DNA from: Candidatus Hydrogenedentota bacterium
Lineage (GTDB): Bacteria > Hydrogenedentota > Hydrogenedentia > Hydrogenedentales > SLHB01
DNA length: 64,000 nt
NCBI GenBank assembly: GCA_045863295.1
Contig: BTWA01000003.1
Location: forward strand, 128,001-192,000
Direction of reading: 5' to 3'
The position numbers and the translations under genes are program-made. The stretch's first letter is position 1. Each line of letters opens with the position of its first letter. Below the pieces are notes generated by a model. That model was given only the letters and a program-made list of their open reading frames with translations. It was not told the origin of the DNA and did no database searches. Shown here piece after piece: positions 48,049 through 56,405 of this stretch.

Positions 48049-49515
48049 TCAGTGTCCCTGTATCACCGCGATCGCTTCCTCGCGATCGTCGAAGTGCAAC
48101 TTGGTAGAACCCAAAATCTGGTAATTCTCATGACCTTTGCCCGCAATCAAAACGAGATCGCCCGGCCGCGCGCGCGCAATCGCCTCGCGAATCGCTTCGC
48201 GCCGATCCACGATCGTCAGGTACTCCTGGTATTTGCTCTTGCCGCTTTGCTGCATGCCCACTTCTATATCGAGTACGATGGTTTCCGGATCCTCGGTGCG
48301 CGGATTGTCCGAAGTGATGATGGCAAAATCGGAAAGCTCACCGGCGACCTTGCCCATCTTGGGGCGCTTGCCCTTGTCCCGGTCACCCCCGCAGCCAAAC
48401 ACAACAATGACCCGGCCGCGACACACGCCGCGGGCCGCAAGCAAAACGTTGCGAAGTCCGTCGTCGGTATGGGCGTAGTCCACCACAATCTTGAACGGCT
48501 GACCGGCATTCACCGCGTCAAATCGGCCAGGCACCCGATCAAATGTTCGAATGCCGTTCTCCACCTGCTCCAAGCCAACACCTTGACCCAGACTGAGCGC
48601 AATAGCGCACAAAGCGTTGGATACGTTATGTTGACCAAGCAATCGAAGCTCGATTGAGGCCTGACCCCAAGGCGACTCCAGCATAAAACGGGTGGCATCT
48701 TCGCCATATTTCACATTGACAGCCCGGCAATCGCCGCCCGCCCCGTACGTGTAACAGGGCACGCGCGACGCGCGAATAAACACATCGGCGCTGGGGTCTT
48801 CGCGGTTCACCACCGTAAACCGGTCCCCGCCTTCCATTCCTTCAAATAGAAGTAGTTTGGCCTTCAAATACGCTTCCATGTTGCCATGATAGTCAAGGTG
48901 ATCCTGGGTCAGATTGGTAAAAGCAGCGGCGGAAAAATGAATACCCGCCACGCGATGTTGCTCCAAAGCGATCGAACTCACTTCCATCACCGCATGCGTG
49001 ACGCCAGCCGCTCGGGCTTCCGCGAAAAATGCCGCCAGGTCCTCGCCCATGGGCGTCGTGAGCAGAGCCTCCCGGCGTTCCCCCGCGATCTCCTGCCAGA
49101 CGGTTCCGGCGAACGCCGTCGAGTAACCCGCCGCACCCAGCACATGCTGTGCCATGAGCGCGGTGCTGGTCTTCCCGTTGGTGCCCGTGATGCCCGAAAC
49201 CCGAACAGCCTGCGTAGGATGAGAAACGATCGCGTGCGCCAACAAGCCCAGCGCCTGCCGGGGATGCGGGTGAAAGAAATAGGGAAGGCCACAAAACTCG
49301 GCCAACCCCGATCGCGCGCCCAGGATTGCCACCGCGCCACGTTGAGCGGCGTCCGCCGCAAATTCGTGCCCATCCACCCGGGTTCCTTGCGCCGCGACAA
49401 ACACCGTACCCGGACGGACACGGTCCGACCGCTCCGTCACGCCGGTTACTTCGGCGTCGGATCCACAAACGCCTTCACAGCGTAGAAGCAGGGGCAACTG
49501 GCGCAGGGTTATCAT
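48049..49515 (-). CDS. murE: UDP-MurNAc-dipeptide:meso-DAP ligase
   Basis: GTNGKTS, EVSS, FTNLTQDHLDYH, DYAHT, GCGGDRD, DNPR (mDAP-type), GKGHE.YQ. Confidence 0.97.
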   Translation of the reverse strand: MITLRQLPLLLRCEGVCGSDAEVTGVTERSDRVRPGTVFVAAQGTRVDGHEFAADAAQRGAVAILGARSGLAEFCGLPYFFHPHPRQALGLLAHAIVSHPTQAVRVSGITGTNGKTSTALMAQHVLGAAGYSTAFAGTVWQEIAGERREALLTTPMGEDLAAFFAEARAAGVTHAVMEVSSIALEQHRVAGIHFSAAAFTNLTQDHLDYHGNMEAYLKAKLLLFEGMEGGDRFTVVNREDPSADVFIRASRVPCYTYGAGGDCRAVNVKYGEDATRFMLESPWGQASIELRLLGQHNVSNALCAIALSLGQGVGLEQVENGIRTFDRVPGRFDAVNAGQPFKIVVDYAHTDDGLRNVLLAARGVCRGRVIVVFGCGGDRDKGKRPKMGKVAGELSDFAIITSDNPRTEDPETIVLDIEVGMQQSGKSKYQEYLTIVDRREAIREAIARARPGDLVLIAGKGHENYQILGSTKLHFDDREEAIAVIQGH

Positions 49516-51730
49516 GATGTTCCGTACGCTTGCTCGAAAATATCAACCGGCACAGGCGCACATCCTTCAACGGCGCTCCGGCGGGGGGATCCTGGGCAAT
49601 AAGCCAACCCGTTCCTTGCACATCCCAGCGCAGGCCGGTGGGCACAAGCCGTTCCCACACCTGCTGCTTGGTCAGGCCGCGCAGATCCGGCATCACGCCC
49701 ACCTCTGCGCGCTGCAACTCTTCGGCCACTTCGGGGGAAAGGAATGCCAGACTGTCGTTTAACGTCGATTCCAGCAACTCCTCCTCCATCCGGGCAACCA
49801 TCGCATCCGGATCCTCGATCGCGGGTTCGGCGGGCACTTGCACCTCTGCAGGCACGGTCGGCGCATTGGGAAGTGAAGCCAACTGCACAGGCGCGGGCGC
49901 TTCCTTTTCCTGAAATTCTTCTTCCATCGGATCTTCAGGCACCGCCAACCGGATAAGTGCCTCGCGGACAACCTCTTTAAATATCGGCCCGCAAACATAA
50001 CCGCCGTAATGGCTCTTACCTTGCGGATTGTGCACCACGATGACGGTCGCAATTCGAGGCGACGTCACCGGAGCGAAGCCGGCAAACACCGAGTTATACC
50101 GGTCGCGGTAATAGCCGCCCGTTTCCAGGTTCGCTATCTGCGCCGTACCCGTCTTGCCGCCTACGCGGTATTCCGGAATCCGCGCGTATTTGCCCGTGCC
50201 GTGAGTAACCACCTGATAACACAATTCCCGCATGGTGTCGGAAGTTTCCTGCGACATGATCCGGGTAAATTCTTTCGACTCGCGTTGAAATGTAATCTGG
50301 CCGTCCTTGTTCACCGCGCGCGTCACCAGATGCGGCTCGACCAGATATCCGCCGTTGGCAATCGCGCTGAACGCGCGTCCCAGTTGGAGCATTGTCACCG
50401 CTATCTCCTGCCCTATCGGTAACGAAATCGGAGACAGTTTGGACCATTGTTTCTTTGGCCGGTAAATACCAGGGCTTTCCGCCGGAAGATCTTTACAGGT
50501 GCGCTGGCCGAAGCCAAACCGCTGGATCCACTCATTCAACACTTCCGGACCCAGGCGATCAGCCACTTTGATAATGCCAATGTTGCTGGATTCCGCAAAG
50601 CATTCGGCAAACGTGACCACATTCATCTTGTGTACGTCTTTAATCAACCGGCGGCCGGCAAACACATATTGGCCGCCTTCGCAGTTTACCGTGGAGTCCA
50701 GGGTTACCGCGCCGGTTTCCAAAGCTGCCGCCGCCGTCACGATCTTGAACGCCGATCCCGGCTCAAATACATCCGTGATCGCGCGGTTTTTTCGTAACTC
50801 CGGTGTATATTCGTTAAACACATTTGGGTCGAAGGCGGGAAGACTGGCCAACGCCAGAATTGCTCCGGTGTGGACATCCATGATGATGCCCATGGCACGC
50901 GTCGCTTCGTTCTCTTCCATGGCCTTCTCAAGGGATCGCTCCAGCCCATGCTGAATCGCCTTGTCCAGCGTCAAATGAATGTCGTCGCCGCCTTCGGGCG
51001 CCACGTATTCGAGTGTTTGTGAATTCAAAAGATTGCGATCGCGATCAACCCGCGCTTTGTGGCGTCCGTCCACGCTGTGGAGGTATTTGTGATAAACCGC
51101 CTCCACGCCTTCCACGCCCACCTGTTCCCGGTTCACATAGCCAAGCACATGCGAAGCCAGTTTGCGTTCGGGGTAAAAACGCACCGGTTCGTGCTTCACA
51201 CGCAATCCCGGGCCGATCAACTCGTCCAACGGTCCCAGCGCCTTGAACTCTTCTTCACTAAGCCATCGTTTAATCGGTACATCCTGCATCAGACGGCCAT
51301 TGGCCGAACGCGCATTCAACCGTGTAAACAACTGCTTTTCGTCGATCGAGAGTTTCAGACTCAATACCTGCGCTGCACGCGCGATATCGTCCATCGCACT
51401 GGGATCGCCCCACAGGGAAGGAGCTTCCCGGTCCAGCGCCATAACGCGGCCTTCCCGATCGAAGATCTTTCCGCGCGGCGCCTGGATAGTTACTTCGGCA
51501 ACGTGAAGCTTGCCGTTTTGTTCTTTGATAATCCGTTCGTCGGGAGTCAAATGAAGTTGAGTCAAGCGCGCCGATACGGCAAAAAATCCAAAAAGAAAGA
51601 ACCAGAAAACCCACCGCATGCGGCTTTTCTGGAAATTGGAAACCGGTAACATGTCGGTGTCGGTTCTTCGCATGGTCAAAAGTGGCTCCTGGCCTCCCTT
51701 TCCAAACCGCGCCTTATAGTCACGGCTCAA
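49475..51730 (-). CDS. ftsI: Class B PBP (FtsI) with C-terminal PASTA domain
   Basis: RG.I.DR.G, R.YP, EPGSAFK (SxxK), SSN, KTGTAQ, MPDL.G; dcw context. Confidence 0.93.
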   Translation of the reverse strand: MSRDYKARFGKGGQEPLLTMRRTDTDMLPVSNFQKSRMRWVFWFFLFGFFAVSARLTQLHLTPDERIIKEQNGKLHVAEVTIQAPRGKIFDREGRVMALDREAPSLWGDPSAMDDIARAAQVLSLKLSIDEKQLFTRLNARSANGRLMQDVPIKRWLSEEEFKALGPLDELIGPGLRVKHEPVRFYPERKLASHVLGYVNREQVGVEGVEAVYHKYLHSVDGRHKARVDRDRNLLNSQTLEYVAPEGGDDIHLTLDKAIQHGLERSLEKAMEENEATRAMGIIMDVHTGAILALASLPAFDPNVFNEYTPELRKNRAITDVFEPGSAFKIVTAAAALETGAVTLDSTVNCEGGQYVFAGRRLIKDVHKMNVVTFAECFAESSNIGIIKVADRLGPEVLNEWIQRFGFGQRTCKDLPAESPGIYRPKKQWSKLSPISLPIGQEIAVTMLQLGRAFSAIANGGYLVEPHLVTRAVNKDGQITFQRESKEFTRIMSQETSDTMRELCYQVVTHGTGKYARIPEYRVGGKTGTAQIANLETGGYYRDRYNSVFAGFAPVTSPRIATVIVVHNPQGKSHYGGYVCGPIFKEVVREALIRLAVPEDPMEEEFQEKEAPAPVQLASLPNAPTVPAEVQVPAEPAIEDPDAMVARMEEELLESTLNDSLAFLSPEVAEELQRAEVGVMPDLRGLTKQQVWERLVPTGLRWDVQGTGWLIAQDPPAGAPLKDVRLCRLIFSSKRTEHHDNPAPVAPASTL

Positions 51731-52124
51731 GGCCGGCGGCGCCGGTCACTTCAGGTGTTTGGCCTTCGAGACTGGCAAACGTTATGGTCTTGGATGATCC
51801 GATGCCTTCGGGTTCCGCCGCGTACACCAGTTCCACTTGATTTGGACGCGGCGGCACCAAACCCAGATCGGGGCCGTTGGCCGCAATGCGCTCCATCGTC
51901 TTAAGTTCCGCTTCCTGCTTCTCGTAGTTCTCAATACGCTCGTTCACCTGGCGCAACGCAGTCCGAAGCCGGCTCGTGTAGTAGTCGTTGCCATAGATCT
52001 GAAGTTGTATCCACGCCTCGGTCAGAAAAACGGAAAAGGGAATCACCCAAACCGGCATCCAGAATATGATGGCCAGTAAGAGCCGGTTGGCAGTCCGTTT
52101 CTTCTTCTCGCGTTCTCGATTCAT
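51720..52124 (-). CDS. ftsL: FtsL-like cell division protein
   Basis: Basic N-terminus, single TM, coiled coil, ERI.....LGL..P; lies between rsmH and ftsI. Confidence 0.7.
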   Translation of the reverse strand: MNREREKKKRTANRLLLAIIFWMPVWVIPFSVFLTEAWIQLQIYGNDYYTSRLRTALRQVNERIENYEKQEAELKTMERIAANGPDLGLVPPRPNQVELVYAAEPEGIGSSKTITFASLEGQTPEVTGAAGLEP

Positions 52125-52141
52125 ACCAGACTACTCCAATT

Positions 52142-53056
52142 TCACAACCGTTCAGCCGCCCGGAGTCTCGCGCTGCAGGACCGAGGGTTTCTGCGCTTCT
52201 CGGCCTCCTCTGGCTCGACAGGTTTCCGGGTCAACACCCGAATCCGCTCCGGTACCACGTGCTTCACGCGGCCGTCGGGCCAGAGAACCCGATTAGGACG
52301 TGAGGCGTCTTTGAATACGTTCTTGACCACCCGGTCTTCACCGGAATGAAATGAAATCACTACGATCCGGCCGCCCGGCCGGAGATTGTCAATGGCCGAA
52401 TGCAACGCCGTCTCTAAATGCAGCAACTCGCGGTTTACTGCCATACGAATCGCCTGAAACACAGTCCGCGTTTCCTCGGGCGTGCCCTTCACAAAAGGAA
52501 GTCCATCCCGAACCGCTTCCGCCAAATCGCGGGTGGTTTTCAGTTCGCCGGCATCGCGTCGATGGATGATGGCGTCTGCTATTCGCTTCGCCGGCTTCAC
52601 ATCCCCAAAATCCCGCAACAAGGCCGCCAACTCGTCCGTCCGGATCCGGTCCAACAAAATGGCCGCCGTTTCGGACGAACTCGTGTCCATGCGCATGTCC
52701 AACGGACCATCCGACTGAAACGAGAATCCGCGTCCAGGGTCATCCAGTTGCATGCTCGACAATCCCGCGTCAATCAAGACGCCGTCGGCACCGGTCAGAC
52801 CCTGTTCCGACAGAACCCCGGCCAGATCGCCGTAGTTCCGGTGGAACACCTCGGCAAATTCAAATGGAGCCAGCCGCGTGCGTGCGGCCAAAACTGCAAC
52901 CGGATCCCGATCCAGTGCAATAAGGCGGCCGGATTTCATTCGCTCGGCAATCAGCGTGGAATGCCCGCCGCCACCCGCAGTGCCGTCCACGTACGTTCCG
53001 CCTTCCCGGATGTTCAGCCATTCCAATACGGCCTCGGGCAAGACTGGAACGTGCAC
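52142..53056 (-). CDS. rsmH: 16S rRNA m4C1402 methyltransferase
   Basis: HVPVL, DGTAGGGGHS, SSMQLD...RGFSF, PLDMRM, FQA.R..VN.EL, SFHS.EDR, NPRS.SA.LR. Confidence 0.97.
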   Translation of the reverse strand: MHVPVLPEAVLEWLNIREGGTYVDGTAGGGGHSTLIAERMKSGRLIALDRDPVAVLAARTRLAPFEFAEVFHRNYGDLAGVLSEQGLTGADGVLIDAGLSSMQLDDPGRGFSFQSDGPLDMRMDTSSSETAAILLDRIRTDELAALLRDFGDVKPAKRIADAIIHRRDAGELKTTRDLAEAVRDGLPFVKGTPEETRTVFQAIRMAVNRELLHLETALHSAIDNLRPGGRIVVISFHSGEDRVVKNVFKDASRPNRVLWPDGRVKHVVPERIRVLTRKPVEPEEAEKRRNPRSCSARLRAAERL

Positions 53057-53060
53057 GGAC

Positions 53061-53405
53061 TTAGGCCGCGGCCTGAAACACGTTTACGGCCTGTTGCTCG
53101 CCTTCGTGAATCTCGAACAGATTCGACACCCCGACCATGCGAAACAGACGCTCGGAATACAAATTGATGCCGGCAAGCTTGATGTCGCCGTTGTACGAAC
53201 GAATCTTGCGCAAGCGCTCCACCATGACGCCGACACCCATGTAACTGATGTAGCGGACGTCCGTCATGTTCAGCACAATCTTAAATCGTCCACCCGTGAT
53301 GCAGTCGTACAACTGCGTCCGAAGCGCATCCACCCCGCGCTCGTCGATATCGCCGGACAGCCGAAGCACTGTCACGGCCCCCATGTCGATCCGCTCTGCT
53401 TTCAT
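53061..53405 (-). CDS. STAS-domain (anti-sigma-factor antagonist-like) protein
   Basis: VLRLSGDID, IVLNM..V.YI...G.G, G.IKL, F.MVG...LF.I...E..A. Confidence 0.88.
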   Translation of the reverse strand: MKAERIDMGAVTVLRLSGDIDERGVDALRTQLYDCITGGRFKIVLNMTDVRYISYMGVGVMVERLRKIRSYNGDIKLAGINLYSERLFRMVGVSNLFEIHEGEQQAVNVFQAAA

Positions 53406-53407
53406 GT

Positions 53408-53878
53408 TCAGGCCACCCTTTCCGGTTGCGACGTCTCATCCCGATACGAAAATATCGGGGACGCCTGCTCTTTGTACCCTTCGCGATTCCGCTCCTGGAA
53501 CTCCTTCCAACGTGCCGTGCTCCAGAGTTCCAAGTGATCGTCCACCCCAATCAAAACCGCCTCGGAATCGAGGCCGGCATAATCGCGCAGATGCGGCGCA
53601 AGCGGGATACGTCCCTGGTTGTCCGGACGAACTTCCGCCACGCTGCTGAAAAACATCCGGCGAAAATCCACGGTGTCCGCGTCCATCGAACTGTGGCGCC
53701 CCACAAATTGCCGGATTTTGTTAAACTCATCCCGATGAAAAAGGAAAATGCAATGGTCATAACCGCGCGCCATGTACCAGATCGCGTGACCAAGGGTCTC
53801 CATGGTCTCCCGAATCTTCCGGGGAACCGTGATACGGCCCTTGTCGTCAATTTTGGTTATGGCCTCGCCGAAGTACAC
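53408..53878 (-). CDS. mraZ: Division/cell wall cluster repressor MraZ
   Basis: IDDKGR..VP and D.QGRI tandem motifs, IGV.DH.ELW. Confidence 0.95.
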   Translation of the reverse strand: MYFGEAITKIDDKGRITVPRKIRETMETLGHAIWYMARGYDHCIFLFHRDEFNKIRQFVGRHSSMDADTVDFRRMFFSSVAEVRPDNQGRIPLAPHLRDYAGLDSEAVLIGVDDHLELWSTARWKEFQERNREGYKEQASPIFSYRDETSQPERVA

Positions 53879-53904
53879 AGGAGCTACCCAGGTTAACCCT
53901 TTTC

Positions 53905-53960
53905 AACCACTTTACCCCACGAACCAACCCCAATTTACCACTGAGCCCCACGTCTGTCAA
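53905..53960 (-). promoter_or_regulatory. dcw promoter with MraZ-binding GTGG/TGGG boxes
   Basis: TTGACA(53960-55)-N17-TAAATT(53937-32), overlapped by about 5 (G/T)TGG boxes at roughly 10-bp spacing. Confidence 0.75.
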
Positions 53961-54317
53961 GAGAAAATCACAGGCCGTCCAGGTCCTTTGTCCTTCTCCC
54001 ATAAGGAGTTACGACATTCAGTCGATACTATATCCTGTACAGAAGTGGCATTTTGATTAAATGGACCACAAGATATAGATATGAGCAAAGTGCCAACTTG
54101 TCTATTATCTGTACATAATTTCAGGGGTTTAACCTGAAAAACTCTTATTATCGTATTCAACCACTCCGACCCATTCCTCAAAAGAACAGGAAGATTTGGC
54201 CCCAGGACAGCCGTTACAAGGGGAAGTACGCCATTTGCAGGCTGAGCGGGTCTCAACCCATAATGACGCCGTTTTGCAGCTCGATTAGGGTGAACGCAGG
54301 CGGGGAGAACCATTGAC

Positions 54318-55253
54318 ATGGAAAAATTGCGTGCGATTCGGGTTTGGCATTGGATCTGGGCTGTACTGGTGGCATGTACCGCCTCCGTGTCCTATGCCGA
54401 CGGCTACGGCCCAATTCCCCTGACCGAAGATGCGTACAAGATCCTGAAAGCCACCTACGACTACGACCCTGAAATCCCCTTGGACGCTCGACTCGTGGAA
54501 GTGAAAGAAACCGAGTCCACTACCCTTCGCAAGATTGTCTTCCGAGGCGTCCGAGGCTTCTTGGTGCCCGCCCGGCTCGAAATCCCAAAAGGCACGCCGA
54601 CGCCCGTACCTTGTGTTGTACTGACCCACGGTTGGTCCGGTTCCAAGGAAAACTGGTGGGAAGACGACAACTACATCAGCGGTGGCAACATGCGCAAGGC
54701 GCTCCTCGAAAAAGGATTTGCCGTGTTTGCCATTGACGCCCAGGGGCACGGAGAGCGTATGGCCGAAAACGGCTACGGTATGGTCAATGCCTACGACGGT
54801 CCAGAGGCGCCCAAGCGAAAGAACCTGTTCACTCTTCGCGAAATCATCACGCAAACCGCGCTCGACGTACGTCGTGGTCTCGATTACCTGGATTCGCGAG
54901 ACGACATTGACATGGACCGGATCGGCATCTCCGGATACAGCATGGGCGGGTTCCACGCAGTTGTAATCACCGCGATGGATCCCCGTATCAAGGTTTCTGT
55001 CGGGTGCGTGATTCCCGTCACCTGGCGCGAAGACCCAATACTCGATCCAGGATTCTACGCCAAGGGCATCGGCACCCGGCCGTTCTTTATGGCCTTTGGC
55101 AGTGAAGACACCATGTGTGACGGCACCGACGCCAAGGCACTCTTTGGAATGTTGGAAGGCACCGACAACAGACTCGTGGTGATAGACGCGGGTCACCGCC
55201 TTCCCGCCACTTATGTGCCTGATGCAGTGGATTTCATTGCCAGCCGGATTTAG
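54318..55253 (+). CDS. Secreted alpha/beta hydrolase (esterase / dienelactone hydrolase-like)
   Basis: Signal peptide; HGW, GHGER, RGLDYL..R..ID..RIG..GYSMGG, D, AGH. Confidence 0.88.
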   Translation: MEKLRAIRVWHWIWAVLVACTASVSYADGYGPIPLTEDAYKILKATYDYDPEIPLDARLVEVKETESTTLRKIVFRGVRGFLVPARLEIPKGTPTPVPCVVLTHGWSGSKENWWEDDNYISGGNMRKALLEKGFAVFAIDAQGHGERMAENGYGMVNAYDGPEAPKRKNLFTLREIITQTALDVRRGLDYLDSRDDIDMDRIGISGYSMGGFHAVVITAMDPRIKVSVGCVIPVTWREDPILDPGFYAKGIGTRPFFMAFGSEDTMCDGTDAKALFGMLEGTDNRLVVIDAGHRLPATYVPDAVDFIASRI

Positions 55254-55340
55254 CGCGCTCGCGCGACCGGCCGCGCCCCAAGTGGGATCGTGCAGTGCGG
55301 TCCGGCAAGAAGTGAATGCAGTAGCAGTGAGGACAATTCA

Positions 55341-56381
55341 ATGGTGCATTTCCGGAATTTCATGGTGCTGGCCTGCATCGCCACAACCGCAGCCGCGCAG
55401 AATCAGGCACCGGCTGCGAAAGTCGTGGTCCAGGAGGTTGCCAGAGGGACTCTGCAGCAAACGACCACCAAGGTGGGCAACGCGTTCTTCAAGGAAGTGG
55501 CCTCGCTCGCCACGGAAGTCAGCGGCAAAGTCATTTCGGTTCAGTTTGAAGAGGGCGATCGCATCGGAAAAGGCACGGTGCTGGTAGAGTTGGACCATAC
55601 ATTGCTGGACGCCAACCTGCGCGCCGCGGAAGCCGCCGTGAAGGAAAATAAGACACGCCTTGAACAGGAACAGGTCCGCCTGGCGCGGGCAGAAACGCTC
55701 CTCCAGGATCAAGTCACAACGCAGCAGGATTACGACGATATTCGATTCACCGTCGACTCCTTGGCGCACCGCGTTGAAGCCTTTCAAGCGGAGGCCGAAC
55801 GCATTCGCGAGGAAATCACCAAGAAAAACATCGTCGCCCCGTTTGATGGCATCGTGCTGCAGCGCGAAACCGAAATCGGCGAATGGAAGAATATCGGCGA
55901 CACCATCGCCGTATTTGCGCGCTCAGGCGTTTTCGATGTCGTCGTAAACGTCCCCGAGACTACCGTGCCGTTTGTGCGCCCGGAAGCCACTGCACCGGTA
56001 CGCGTCGCAGGCGCCACCCTGGTCGGCAATATTGTGGCCGTAATTCCAAAGGGAGATACCGTGTCCAGAACGTTTCCCGTAAAGATCCGCCTCGACCATC
56101 CTGGCGACGTGCTCATGGAAGGTATGAGCGTCGAGGTCGATCTCCCGGTCGGATCGACGATCGAATGCGCCACCGTACCGCGGGACGCCGTCTTGCTGGA
56201 AGGCAGGGACAATGCTGTGTATGCCGTGGTGGACTCAAAGGCGAAACGCATACCTGTAAAGGTGCTTGGATACGAAGGCCTGACTGCTGGAGTGGAAGGA
56301 GCCGGACTGGCCCCGGGACTTAAGGTCATTGTCAAAGGGCACGAACGGATCAAGGACGGCCAGCCCGTCGAAGCGGAATAA
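55341..56381 (+). CDS. RND efflux periplasmic adaptor (MFP)
   Basis: VSGKV..V.FEEGD, I.APFDG.V, V.VPE, SRTF.VK, VPRDAV. Confidence 0.93.
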   Translation: MVHFRNFMVLACIATTAAAQNQAPAAKVVVQEVARGTLQQTTTKVGNAFFKEVASLATEVSGKVISVQFEEGDRIGKGTVLVELDHTLLDANLRAAEAAVKENKTRLEQEQVRLARAETLLQDQVTTQQDYDDIRFTVDSLAHRVEAFQAEAERIREEITKKNIVAPFDGIVLQRETEIGEWKNIGDTIAVFARSGVFDVVVNVPETTVPFVRPEATAPVRVAGATLVGNIVAVIPKGDTVSRTFPVKIRLDHPGDVLMEGMSVEVDLPVGSTIECATVPRDAVLLEGRDNAVYAVVDSKAKRIPVKVLGYEGLTAGVEGAGLAPGLKVIVKGHERIKDGQPVEAE

Positions 56382-56405
56382 CGGCGCGCGAGGTAGTACC
56401 CAACA

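Noticed and set aside
53990..54310. Riboswitch or ncRNA in the AT-rich intergenic region
   Set aside because: No recognisable aptamer consensus or strong stems by eye; an Infernal/Rfam scan would be needed
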